A stretch of 64,000 bases of DNA from Candidatus Kapaibacterium sp. GTDB taxonomy: Bacteria > Bacteroidota > Ignavibacteria > Kapaibacteriales > UBA2268. Position 1 is the stretch's first letter. Every line of letters begins with the position of its first letter. The position numbers and the translations under genes were made by a program. Where the stretch lies: positions 2,560,001-2,624,000 of the forward strand of contig OY762428.1 in NCBI GenBank assembly GCA_963665665.1, read 5' to 3'. The notes under the pieces are model-generated. The model did no database searches. It saw only the letters and a program-made list of their open reading frames with translations, and was not told where the DNA came from. Shown in pieces: positions 31,556-40,773 of the stretch.

Positions 31556-31800
31556 AACACCTATATAAATCCAATATACAAATTATTTTAAAATTATCTG
31601 CTTATCCTGCTGTTTTTGCTGCTAATAATGATAATTTTTATTTGTGGGTTTCCCTCATTACGAAGTTGTACTTCGTAATGCAGTTTTCATCTGAAGCTTT
31701 GCTTCTAAATTTCAAAGTAAAACTTTGCGGAAACGCCCATCCCCGGCAGGGCTTGGAAAGAAGGAAAAGAAGACAAAATTCTAAATCCCGAGACTTTTTT
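31556..31800. repeat. direct repeat copy B (promoter-like block plus family A REP)
   Basis: Matches 29333..29603 apart from an indel of about 25 bp and scattered substitutions. Confidence 0.8.
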
Positions 31801-32700
31801 TCAGTTATTTCTTTTTAATTGCGCTATCAATGCCAGCGGTTCCTGTATAAAAGTAATTGTATTATCATCCAATTCGTTCAAATACCAGTCAGCAGCGCTT
31901 CCGCCAATATATACAGGTATGCCTGATAAATGTGCCCTGATCTTTTTCAGGTCGTCAATCAGTTTTAAATCTCCGGACGGATAAATGGCGCTAAGAACAA
32001 TAGCAATCGACTTGGTGCGGGAAACAGTCAGGATAATATCTTCAGCCGGAACTGAAGCGCCCAGGTAAACAGGCCTGAATCCATGAATTGATATAAGGGC
32101 TGCTATGGCAAGCCCTGCAAGCTCGTGGTTCTGGTTCACCGGAGAGGCAATTACAACAGGTGGCGCGCTGTCAGTTGTACTGTTGTCGATTATTGATCCC
32201 AGGGAATTTCTAATCATTGCCGAGGCGAAATGCTCGTTTGAAATTCTCAACTCGCCACTTTCCCAGCGATTCCCGATTTCTTTAAGCAGGGGTAGGATGA
32301 ACATTATTATATAGTCAGTCCTTGATAATTTTATCAGCATAGAATCAAGTATATTTTTTAAGCCGGCCGAATTAAAATTTTTGACAGCTTCAATGGCATC
32401 ATTTATACTATTATTGTTATCAGATTGATCAGAAGCAACATTTTCTCTGCTATTTTCTACAATTTCGCTGATCTCGTCAACAGACATCCGGGCAAGTTCA
32501 CCAATCTTGAAACCATTACTTATTGCATCCCTAATAAGCAGGAGCTTGTTCAGATCATCATCCGAATACATACGCCTGTTTGTTTCTGTCCTTACCGGAT
32601 TAATAATATTATACCTGTTTTCCCATGTTCTGAGCAACAACTGGCTCAACCCCGTCTTGTTCGAGATATATTTAATCGGATATTTTAAATCACTTTCCAT
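31801..32700 (-). CDS. carH: CarH/LitR-type cobalamin-dependent MerR-family photoreceptor regulator
   Basis: MerR wHTH 'LLRTWENRY...P.RT.TNRRMYS'; W-x9-EH motif 'WESGELRISNEH'; B12 Rossmann domain with 'NQNHELAG', 'YLGASVP', 'IVLS', 'YIGG'. Confidence 0.88.
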   Translation of the reverse strand: MESDLKYPIKYISNKTGLSQLLLRTWENRYNIINPVRTETNRRMYSDDDLNKLLLIRDAISNGFKIGELARMSVDEISEIVENSRENVASDQSDNNNSINDAIEAVKNFNSAGLKNILDSMLIKLSRTDYIIMFILPLLKEIGNRWESGELRISNEHFASAMIRNSLGSIIDNSTTDSAPPVVIASPVNQNHELAGLAIAALISIHGFRPVYLGASVPAEDIILTVSRTKSIAIVLSAIYPSGDLKLIDDLKKIRAHLSGIPVYIGGSAADWYLNELDDNTITFIQEPLALIAQLKRNN

Positions 32701-32718
32701 ATTAATTTGCTATAAATT

Positions 32719-32923
32719 TATACACAAAATCCATTTTCTATACAGACGCTTTACAAAGTTAATAATTTTTTTTAAATTTTTTATAAAATCTATACAATAA
32801 CTATACAATGCTTTCGTTCTTCATTACAAGTTCATTGACAAATTAATTGAAAAGCAATAAAATTAAAGGGTTTTATTAGCAATATAAAAAAAATCAAACA
32901 AGAACATGTATAGAATTTGTATA
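32719..32923. promoter_or_regulatory. CarH-operator-like 11-bp-phased TnnACA repeats in the divergent intergenic region
   Basis: TATACA 32739 / TTTACA 32750; TATACA 32791 / TATACA 32802; reverse TGTATA 32907 / TGTATA 32918; extra TATACA 32719. Confidence 0.7.
32835..32863 (+). promoter_or_regulatory. sigma70-like promoter for the microprotein array
   Basis: TTGACA (32835-40), 17 bp spacer, TAAAAT (32858-63). Confidence 0.55.
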
Positions 32924-32952
32924 ATTTATAATTTATAATGAAGGAGACAGAA

Positions 32953-33123
32953 ATGTCATCAATAAGCGAAATCAAAAGCCGCATATCAGTAAAATGGATC
33001 AAAGCAGAATCAGGAAACACATACCTTTGCCCGGCAAATGTGATGGAAAAACTTGACAACCCGACAGAAGAAGATCTTATGAGGTACTGTGTGAACGAAT
33101 CCGAAAATCCGCAGAACGACTAA
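32953..33123 (+). CDS. two-Cys microprotein, copy 1 (56 aa)
   Basis: AAGGAG RBS; MSSISEIKSRISVKWIKAESGNTYLCPANVMEKLDNPTEEDLMRYCVNESENPQND. Confidence 0.88.
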   Translation: MSSISEIKSRISVKWIKAESGNTYLCPANVMEKLDNPTEEDLMRYCVNESENPQND

Positions 33124-33173
33124 TAAAAAATTGAAACAAAAAAAATAAAATTATAATAATCAGGAGATACAAA

Positions 33174-33347
33174 ATGGATAGCAAAACAAGCGAAATCAAA
33201 AGCCGCATATCAGTAAAATGGATCAAAGCAGAATCAGGAAACACATACCTTTGCCCGGCAAATGTGATGGAAAAACTTGACAACCCGACAGAAGAAGAAC
33301 TTATAAGGTACTGTGTGAACGAATCCGAAAATCCGCAGAACGACTAA
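33174..33347 (+). CDS. two-Cys microprotein, copy 2 (57 aa)
   Basis: AGGAG RBS; MDSKTSEIK...TEEELIRYCVNESENPQND. Confidence 0.88.
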   Translation: MDSKTSEIKSRISVKWIKAESGNTYLCPANVMEKLDNPTEEELIRYCVNESENPQND

Positions 33348-33397
33348 TAAAAAATTGAAACAAAAAAAATAAAATTATAATAATCAGGAGATACAAA

Positions 33398-33571
33398 ATG
33401 GATAGCAAAACAAGCGAAATCAAAAGCCGCATATCAGTAAAATGGATCAAAGCAGAATCAGGAAACACATACCTTTGCCCGGCAAATGTGATGGAAAAAC
33501 TTGATAATCCGACAGAAGAAGACCTTATGAGGTACTGCGTGAACGAATCCGAAAACCCGCAGAACGACTAA
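33398..33571 (+). CDS. two-Cys microprotein, copy 3 (57 aa)
   Basis: AGGAG RBS; MDSKTSEIK...TEEDLMRYCVNESENPQND. Confidence 0.88.
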   Translation: MDSKTSEIKSRISVKWIKAESGNTYLCPANVMEKLDNPTEEDLMRYCVNESENPQND

Positions 33572-33622
33572 TAAAAAAATTGAAACAAAAAATATAAAAT
33601 TATATTAATCAGGAGATACAAA

Positions 33623-33796
33623 ATGGAAAGCAAAACAAGCGAAATTAAAAGCCGCATATCAGTAAAATGGATCAAAGCAGAATCAGGAAACACATACCTT
33701 TGCCCGGCAAGTGTGATGGAAAAACTTGACAACCCGACAGAAGAAGAACTTATGAGGTACTGCGTGAACGAATCCGAAAACCCGCAGAACGACTAA
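33623..33796 (+). CDS. two-Cys microprotein, copy 4 (57 aa)
   Basis: AGGAG RBS; MESKTSEIK...LCPASVME...TEEELMRYC... Confidence 0.88.
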   Translation: MESKTSEIKSRISVKWIKAESGNTYLCPASVMEKLDNPTEEELMRYCVNESENPQND

Positions 33797-33847
33797 TAAA
33801 AAAATTGAAACAAAAAATATAAAATTATAATAATCAGGAGATACAAA

Positions 33848-34021
33848 ATGGAAAGCAAAACAAGCGAAATTAAAAGCCGCATATCAGTAAAATGGATCAA
33901 AGCAGAATCAGGAAACACATACCTTTGTCCGGCAAATGTGATGGAAAAACTTGACAACCCGACAGAAGAAGAACTTATGAGGTACTGTGTGAACGAATCC
34001 GAAAACCCGCAGAACGACTAA
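33848..34021 (+). CDS. two-Cys microprotein, copy 5 (57 aa)
   Basis: AGGAG RBS; MESKTSEIKSRISVKWIKAESGNTYLCPANVMEKLDNPTEEELMRYCVNESENPQND. Confidence 0.88.
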   Translation: MESKTSEIKSRISVKWIKAESGNTYLCPANVMEKLDNPTEEELMRYCVNESENPQND

Positions 34022-34066
34022 TAAAAAAATTGAAAAAAAATTAAATTATAATAATCAGGAGTTAAC

Positions 34067-34240
34067 ATGGAAAGCAAAACAAGCGAAATTAAAAGCCGCA
34101 TATCAGTAAAATGGATCAAAGCAGAATCAGGAAATACATACCTTTGCCCGGCAAATGTGATGGAAAAACTTGACAACCCGACAGAAGAAGAACTTATGAG
34201 GTACTGCGTGAACGAATCCGAAAACCCGCAGAACGACTAA
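34067..34240 (+). CDS. two-Cys microprotein, copy 6 (57 aa)
   Basis: AGGAG-TTAAC-ATG; same protein as copy 5 with synonymous differences. Confidence 0.88.
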   Translation: MESKTSEIKSRISVKWIKAESGNTYLCPANVMEKLDNPTEEELMRYCVNESENPQND

Positions 34241-34275
34241 AAACGAATGTCATACCTTTAAAAATATTGTTACCG

Positions 34276-34307
34276 AAAGAGGCTGCCAAACGACAGCCTC
34301 TTTTTTT
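34276..34307 (+). terminator. intrinsic terminator closing the array
   Basis: aaagaggctg-ccaaacga-cagcctcttt followed by T-run. Confidence 0.85.
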
Positions 34308-34330
34308 AATTTTTTTATGTTCTTAGCAGA

Positions 34331-35053
34331 TCAGAAGGCAAAAACAAGTTTGAAGACATCACTCCAGTGAGTAATTGCCAGGCGATAGCCGAGGAAAGTA
34401 CCGAAACCAACAAAAGTAATACCGGCAAACTGCCTGATCCTTGTGATCATGTTAGTTGACATTCTTTCCTTAAAATGATTTACTATCCTGACAAGAGTTT
34501 GAAGCCAGACAAAATTACCTATACCAAATCCGAGAGCAAATCCCAATCCGGCAATAGTAGTGCTTTCAATCAGTTTGAATTCCTGAACGTTGAGTGTTAC
34601 ATAAGCTATTGACGGGAGAAATGTGGGATTAGGAAGATTAGTAAGGGAAAGAGCAATACCAAGAAGGAATGGCCCTCTTTTCATCAGGTTGTCTATGAAT
34701 TTCGGGTTGTTAGTTTTTAATTGTGTATCAAAATCAGCATCATTTGCGTCTTTCCGGGATTTAAGGTTCAATATTCCAAAAATTACCATCGCAAGAACAA
34801 TGGAGAGCTGAATAACAAACATGATGTAGGGATGATCAATTGAAAAACCACCTACAGCCGACATTGCCGCTTTTGTAGCAAACAAAGCAGCCAAACAATA
34901 AAACATATCTAATAATGCAGTTCCGAGAGCCATTTTAATTCCGGGCCGGATATTACCCAATAGCCCGTACTGAATGGCTGTTACGCCAATCGGCCCCGGA
35001 GGCATGGCCAGCACGAAACCAACCAAAAAACCAACAAGTATTGCAATAATCAC
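34331..35053 (-). CDS. LysE family translocator
   Basis: 'GFVLAMPPGPIG', 'LSLTNLPNP', multiple TM helices. Confidence 0.8.
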   Translation of the reverse strand: MIIAILVGFLVGFVLAMPPGPIGVTAIQYGLLGNIRPGIKMALGTALLDMFYCLAALFATKAAMSAVGGFSIDHPYIMFVIQLSIVLAMVIFGILNLKSRKDANDADFDTQLKTNNPKFIDNLMKRGPFLLGIALSLTNLPNPTFLPSIAYVTLNVQEFKLIESTTIAGLGFALGFGIGNFVWLQTLVRIVNHFKERMSTNMITRIRQFAGITFVGFGTFLGYRLAITHWSDVFKLVFAF

Positions 35054-35250
35054 ATGCGCCTCGATTAATCCAACATAATCGCAGGGCAGCGCAAAGTATT
35101 TGTTTTCAATCTATTATCAATCAAGCTTAGTGTCAGTGTCCTTTATCTTTTCGTCAGCCTTTCCTTCAAAGAACAGGCTTTTATCTCCGCTAAAACAAAA
35201 CTGCCCTATCAAAAAAATAGTTAGATAGTTATTATATCAATGTTCGAAAA

Positions 35251-36342
35251 TTGCACAAGTGTGCAAATAATTACACACAATCTACGAAAAGCTTACTAAA
35301 TATCCAAAAAAATGTCTTCTTCCACCTATTTAGATTATTAGCTGATACTAAACATTGCTATTTGAAATATATCAAAAAAAATGAAAAAAAATTGCTAAAG
35401 TTTATATACTTTAATGCCGAGACTATAAACGGGTATTTGTATCTGTATTTTAATTTGTGGAATAATTTGTTCGAAACCGGAAACATAGAAGCAATCATTC
35501 AACCTACTTTCACAAAGCCAATAAGTGAAAGCAGGGAGAACTCTTTATACAGGAATTATCTTAATGATTCTGACGGCCGGGAGAATAACACAAAACAGCA
35601 GGACAGATTCACTCCTTCATCCGCCGACAGGAGTATGGATGATTATACTAAATTGATAAAACAAAACCTGGGAAATCCTGTTCCCGTCAATGAAACATCC
35701 ACGGATGAAGCAGAAAGACAGGCCGGAAATAATTCCGAAAAAACATCATCTGCTAACAACGAAAATACGAAAAATGCTTCTTCTACCGACGGATTAACTG
35801 ATGAAGAAAGAGCCGAGGTAAGAGAATTGCAGCAAACAGATGCCGAAGTAAAGGCCCATGAATCTGCTCACATTGCTGCCGGGGGCAGCCTTGTTCGTGG
35901 CGGTGCCAGTTTCGAGTACCAAAAAGGGCCTGACGGAAAGCAATATGCAGTGGGTGGAGAAGTTCATATTGATATTAGTAAGGTTAGTGGCGATCCTGAA
36001 GCAACTATCAGAAAAATGCAGAAGGTAAGAACGGCCGCTTTAGCACCCGCCGATCCTTCTTCGCAGGACAGGATGGTTGCGGCACGTGCTTCCTCGATTG
36101 AGGCGCAGGCAAGAACCGAGCTGTCCAAACAAAGGGCGGAAGCGAGTCAATCCACAAATGATACAAATAATATCAATTTTGATAATCGTGGAAAATCGTC
36201 GGAAAACAGTAATTCCCAAAAGGCCAATTCCGAATCATCAACACCCTCAATTTATCAAGGCTCCGGCGTAGAAAGCCTGGATGTGTACCTAAAGGCCCAA
36301 AAAGAAAATCAATTACCAGGATATGTAAACCGCACTGCCTGA
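35251..36342 (+). CDS. SprA-related family protein (true start probably later, about 35468)
   Basis: 'EVRELQQTDAEVKAHESAH...YQKGPDGKQYAVGGEV.ID...PEATIRKM..V..AALAPADPS.QD..VAA.A'. Confidence 0.8.
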   Translation: MHKCANNYTQSTKSLLNIQKNVFFHLFRLLADTKHCYLKYIKKNEKKLLKFIYFNAETINGYLYLYFNLWNNLFETGNIEAIIQPTFTKPISESRENSLYRNYLNDSDGRENNTKQQDRFTPSSADRSMDDYTKLIKQNLGNPVPVNETSTDEAERQAGNNSEKTSSANNENTKNASSTDGLTDEERAEVRELQQTDAEVKAHESAHIAAGGSLVRGGASFEYQKGPDGKQYAVGGEVHIDISKVSGDPEATIRKMQKVRTAALAPADPSSQDRMVAARASSIEAQARTELSKQRAEASQSTNDTNNINFDNRGKSSENSNSQKANSESSTPSIYQGSGVESLDVYLKAQKENQLPGYVNRTA

Positions 36343-36491
36343 AAGAATTTATTTTACTTGCATGTGATCAATAGTTTTTATAAAATCAATGCTGTTTGGA
36401 CAGTTTGGTTATTAATTTATATAAAAATAAATTATTGATAATATCCCGTTTATTTTTTAAGTTTAAACAAACAACAATAAGGGGAATTATT

Positions 36492-37535
36492 TTGTTTAAA
36501 CTGAAAACTATATTAATATTATCTCTGCTTTTTTACCCGACCTGCCACGAGTTGACGGCGTCGGAACCTGTTCCTGTTTTTACGGGTGTAATAAAGAAAA
36601 ACAGTACAGTGCCGGCGTTCGAGGTAAATGCTGTAATAAAATATCCCGAAATTACAAGAGTAGCGACGGAAATACCCGGCAAAGCAGATAAGGTTTTTAT
36701 TGAAGAAGGCCGTAAAGTCCGGGCGGGTGAAATTCTTGTGAAATTGAACAGCGATATTCTTGAAAAGGAACGGGAATCACAGCAAGCACTTTATGATGAG
36801 GAAGCGGCAAATAATGATATGTTGAAATGGGAACTTGAAAGATTCGACACACTGCTGCAGGCCGGTGATATTCCGCTAAGTAAGTTCAAATACAAAAAAG
36901 CTGAATTTTTAAAGAGCTCCGCCAGGCTTAGAAGCCTTGAAGCTGATCTTCAGAAAACAGCAATTATGATTGATAAAATGTCAGTACGCGCACCATTCAG
37001 CGGAATAATCACCTCAAAACCTATAAACGAAGGAAGCTGGGTGGAGAAGGGCAGTTCCGTTGCTGAAATTGCAGCAACAGATGTTGTTGATATAATTGCC
37101 TCGGTACCTGCCGGGAAAATCAATCTAATTCATCCCGGCAGCAAGGCTATTATAAAATGCGGTGATTCCGAGATAAATGCCGGTGTATTCTCTGTTCTGC
37201 CAAAAGGCGATCCGGATTCAAGGACTTTCCCGGTGATTATACGCATAAATAATGAAGCTAATCTGATGGGTGGAATGAATGCAAAAGCAATATTTACCCT
37301 GCCAGAATCCGACAATTCATTTATCATTTCCCGTGATGCCGTAATTAGCAGAAATGACAAATATTCTATATTTATTGCCGCCCAGGATAAAGCAAAACAA
37401 ATTGATATCAAAATAATTGAATGGGCAGGAAAAAATGTTATTGTAAAATCGCCCGAACTGAATGAATCAATGAAATTAATCATCAGGGGTAACCAGTTTT
37501 TAACTGACGGACAGGCTATAATTATTAAACGATAA
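36492..37535 (+). CDS. RND efflux periplasmic adaptor (MFP)
   Basis: 'V.EG..V..GE.LV.L', 'VRAPFSG.I', 'DPDSRTFPV'; precedes the RND permease. Start approximate. Confidence 0.85.
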   Translation: MFKLKTILILSLLFYPTCHELTASEPVPVFTGVIKKNSTVPAFEVNAVIKYPEITRVATEIPGKADKVFIEEGRKVRAGEILVKLNSDILEKERESQQALYDEEAANNDMLKWELERFDTLLQAGDIPLSKFKYKKAEFLKSSARLRSLEADLQKTAIMIDKMSVRAPFSGIITSKPINEGSWVEKGSSVAEIAATDVVDIIASVPAGKINLIHPGSKAIIKCGDSEINAGVFSVLPKGDPDSRTFPVIIRINNEANLMGGMNAKAIFTLPESDNSFIISRDAVISRNDKYSIFIAAQDKAKQIDIKIIEWAGKNVIVKSPELNESMKLIIRGNQFLTDGQAIIIKR

Positions 37536-37541
37536 TAAATC

Positions 37542-40500
37542 ATGAAACTGATCGAATCATCCATAAAAAATCCGATTCCGGTATTTACAACAATATTCCT
37601 TGTTTTTGTACTCGGAATAATCAGTTTTATTAATATGCCATATCAATTAACTCCGTCGGTTGATGAGCCTATGGTTTCGGTTTTTACGGAATGGCCCGGC
37701 GCAACTCCGCATGAAGTGGAAAGAGAAATTATTGAGGAGCAGGAAAAGGTTTTGATAGGTATCCCCGGAATGATTGAAATGGAAAGCTCTGCCAATAACG
37801 GGAATGGCCTGGTTGACCTGACTTTCGAGATTGGTACTGATGTTGACCAGGCAATGAACCGTGTTTCGAATAAACTTAATGAAGTGCCATATTACCCCGA
37901 AAATGTAGAAAATCCTGTTGTGAAAAGATCAGGCGAAAGCCAGGCGCCAAAGATATGGATGGTTCTCAGCACACTTGATGATAATAACAGAGATATTAAT
38001 ACATATCGTTCTTATCTCGAGGACGAACTTCTTCCCGAACTTCTTTCAATTGACGGTGTGGCTGATATTGTTTTATTCGGTGGCGCAAAATCCCAAATGG
38101 AAGTTGTAGTTGATTTACAAAAGCTTGCATCCTATGGAATAACGATTAGCCGGTTGATACAAATTCTGAAAAATGAGAATGTGAATATTTCAGCAGGTAT
38201 TCAGCAGGTCGGAGCAAAAGATTATCGTATCAGGACAACAGCCCAGTTCGCATCCCCGGAAGGCCTCGCCAATACAGTACTATTCTCTGACAGCTCGCGG
38301 ACGGTTTACCTGCATGATGTTGCTTTTGTTAAGGAGGGTATTGCCAGGCTTAAAACATATTTCAGGTTCGACAGAATGAAAGACCTCGGCCCGGAAGATT
38401 CCCTTGCAGCCCTGAACAGCCCAAGATACAAGATCGTCTCCGCGAAAAATGGTAAAAACCGATGGCATAAAATGGTTGCCGGGCTTGATATTGGAGTGAA
38501 GGCAGAAGCTGATGCCAATATTATTGAACTAACGGATAAACTTGGCCAGCAGGTCGAAAAACTGAATAGCCGGGTATTGCAAAAAGAAGGGCTTTTCCTT
38601 GAAATAGTTTATGATGAAAGAAGCTATCCACTTGCAGCCCTTTCAATAGTCGAGGACAACATTATTTTCTCCTGTATTCTTGCAGTCAGTATATTATTTA
38701 TTTTCCTCAGGAATTTCTCATCTACGTCAATAGTTGCATTTGTTATACCGGTTACCATTGTCAGCACTTTTATCATGATGTATTTTCTCGGCCTTTCGCT
38801 GAATGTAGTAAGCCTTGCCGGAATATCATTTGCAGTTGGTATGCTTATCGACAACTCCATTGTAGTTATTGAAAATATCGAGAGGAACAAATCTCTTGGG
38901 AAATCATTATTTCAATCCTCAGTTGACGGCGCCAGGCAGGTCTGGCCTGCAGTACTGGCATCCACGCTGACAACGGTTGCCGTTTTCCTTCCGGTAGTTT
39001 TCCTTAAGCAGGAAGCAGGGCAGCTGTTCCGGGATATATCAATAGCAGTGTCAACAGCTACATTGCTCAGCCTGTTTGCATCTGTGATAGTTATTCCCGT
39101 ATTGGTTCATTTCTTTGATTTCAAAAAAATCAGAAAAGCAATAAAATTCCCTTATCATAAAAAATTAAAAAGTTCTTTCAATAATTCAATCGAAAATATC
39201 GGCAACAGGATTTTTTCTTTCTTTGAAAGGTCCCTGGAATTCAGCCTAAAAAACAGGATTAGAAGGCTTGGGATTATAATTTCCATATTAATATGTACTA
39301 TTTTAATTGCTCTTTTTCTTATTCCCGATATGGAATATTTGCCTCAGGGAAACAGAAATTTTCTACTGAATATTATTATTCCGCCGGCCGGAACCTCTTA
39401 CGACGAAAGAGAACAATTTGCCGATCACTTCTTTAAGGAACTGGAACCCTATTTCGGAGTTGATAAAGACGGATTTCCATCTATAGAATATACTTTTATT
39501 GTCGGGGGCGAGGACCTGATATTCTGCGGTGCGCAAACCACTGACGAGGAAAGATGCGGAGAACTTGTTCCGCTATATTCACGTGTGGCCAATTCATACC
39601 CAGGAATATTCGGTATCAGTATGCAAAGCGGAATATTTCAGAACAGGCTGGGCAGATCAAGGACGGTAAGCTTGGATATAAGCGGCGGCGAGCAGGATGA
39701 AATATTGAAAGTAGCAGGCATTCTTATGAATGAAAAGATACCTGCTGTTTTAAAGAATTCACAGATCAGGGCCGTACCATCGCTCGACGTTTCTTATCCG
39801 GAAGTAAGATTTATTCCCAAAAGGGAAGCCCTCGCGGCAAACAGATTAAGCTCGGATGATTTCGGGAAATTAGTTGACGTTATGCTGGACGGAAGAAAAA
39901 TCGGAGATTATAAAGAGGAAGGCAGAAAAAAAATTGATTTCGTGGTTAAATGTTCAAGGTCGGATATAAGGGGCCCGGAAGATATTTATTCTGCAATAGT
40001 ACCACTGCCGGGCGGCAAATCCGTAAACCTGTTTGAACTGGCCAATATGGACAAAACATTCGGCCTGACCCAAATACGCCATTTGAATACGAAAAGAACA
40101 GTTACGCTTGAAGTTAACCTGCCGCAGGAAATACCTCTTGAGCAGGCTATTAACAAAATAAATGACAATATTATTCCCGAAATGCGTAATGAGGGATTAC
40201 TGGACAATGTAGAGATCAGTTCAAGCGGAAATTCCGGTAAATTTACTGAAACAAAACAGGCGCTAAAGTGGAATATTATCATTGCAGTAATAATATTATA
40301 TTTCATCATGGCAATAATTTTCAAGCATTTCCTCTACCCGGTAATCGTGATGATAAACGTGCCTTTAGCCCTTGCCGGAGGTTTTATCGGGCTGAAATTT
40401 GCGAATATACTTGTCGCCCCTACAGCCTTTGATATTATGACGATTCTTGGATTTATCATGCTTATCGGTATGGTGGTAAACAACCCGATATTGATCATTC

Positions 40501-40763
40501 ATCAGTCGCTGTTGAATATTAAGTCCGGAGGTATGAATTACCGGGATGCCGTTATTGATGCCGTCCTGAGCAGGATAAAACCAATTTACATGAGTGTGCT
40601 TACCACATTTTTCGGGTTACTTCCATTAGTGCTTGCACCGGGAGCAGGTTCCGAGCTTTACCGAGGCCTTGGAAGCGTGGTTCTGTCCGGGCTTTTCATT
40701 TCAACATTTTTCACAGTCTATCTCGTTCCGGCTTTGCTTCTTCTTTTTGTAAAGAAAAGCTGA
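37542..40763 (+). CDS. RND efflux permease (AcrB/AcrD/AcrF family)
   Basis: 'WPGATP.EVE', 'GMLIDNSIVVIENI', 'ASTLTTVAVFLP', 'GMVVNN.IL', 'RIKPIYMS.LTT.FGLLPL'. Confidence 0.93.
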   Translation: MKLIESSIKNPIPVFTTIFLVFVLGIISFINMPYQLTPSVDEPMVSVFTEWPGATPHEVEREIIEEQEKVLIGIPGMIEMESSANNGNGLVDLTFEIGTDVDQAMNRVSNKLNEVPYYPENVENPVVKRSGESQAPKIWMVLSTLDDNNRDINTYRSYLEDELLPELLSIDGVADIVLFGGAKSQMEVVVDLQKLASYGITISRLIQILKNENVNISAGIQQVGAKDYRIRTTAQFASPEGLANTVLFSDSSRTVYLHDVAFVKEGIARLKTYFRFDRMKDLGPEDSLAALNSPRYKIVSAKNGKNRWHKMVAGLDIGVKAEADANIIELTDKLGQQVEKLNSRVLQKEGLFLEIVYDERSYPLAALSIVEDNIIFSCILAVSILFIFLRNFSSTSIVAFVIPVTIVSTFIMMYFLGLSLNVVSLAGISFAVGMLIDNSIVVIENIERNKSLGKSLFQSSVDGARQVWPAVLASTLTTVAVFLPVVFLKQEAGQLFRDISIAVSTATLLSLFASVIVIPVLVHFFDFKKIRKAIKFPYHKKLKSSFNNSIENIGNRIFSFFERSLEFSLKNRIRRLGIIISILICTILIALFLIPDMEYLPQGNRNFLLNIIIPPAGTSYDEREQFADHFFKELEPYFGVDKDGFPSIEYTFIVGGEDLIFCGAQTTDEERCGELVPLYSRVANSYPGIFGISMQSGIFQNRLGRSRTVSLDISGGEQDEILKVAGILMNEKIPAVLKNSQIRAVPSLDVSYPEVRFIPKREALAANRLSSDDFGKLVDVMLDGRKIGDYKEEGRKKIDFVVKCSRSDIRGPEDIYSAIVPLPGGKSVNLFELANMDKTFGLTQIRHLNTKRTVTLEVNLPQEIPLEQAINKINDNIIPEMRNEGLLDNVEISSSGNSGKFTETKQALKWNIIIAVIILYFIMAIIFKHFLYPVIVMINVPLALAGGFIGLKFANILVAPTAFDIMTILGFIMLIGMVVNNPILIIHQSLLNIKSGGMNYRDAVIDAVLSRIKPIYMSVLTTFFGLLPLVLAPGAGSELYRGLGSVVLSGLFISTFFTVYLVPALLLLFVKKS

Positions 40764-40773
40764 ACAAATCCTT

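Larger units (their letters stand above)
32941..34240 (+). repeat. tandem array of six ~219-225 bp coding units
   Basis: ATG starts at 32953, 33174, 33398, 33623, 33848 and 34067; units nearly identical, including spacer and AGGAG RBS. Confidence 0.97.

Noticed and set aside
25730-31800. Bona fide integron or prophage
   Set aside because: No integrase, recognisable attC hairpins or phage structural genes; kept only as a repeat-bounded hotspot.
32832-33283. Minus-strand ORFs 32832..33059 and 33077..33283
   Set aside because: Antisense to the microprotein copies; RBS, promoter and terminator all support the plus strand.
32941-34240. CRISPR array interpretation of the tandem repeat
   Set aside because: Units are about 225 bp, near-identical over their whole length, with no unique spacers and no cas genes; each unit is an ORF with an RBS.
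32953-34240. RiPP precursor cluster
   Set aside because: No modifying enzyme, peptidase or dedicated exporter is adjacent, and there is no variable core behind a conserved leader. Not excluded in trans, but unsupported here.
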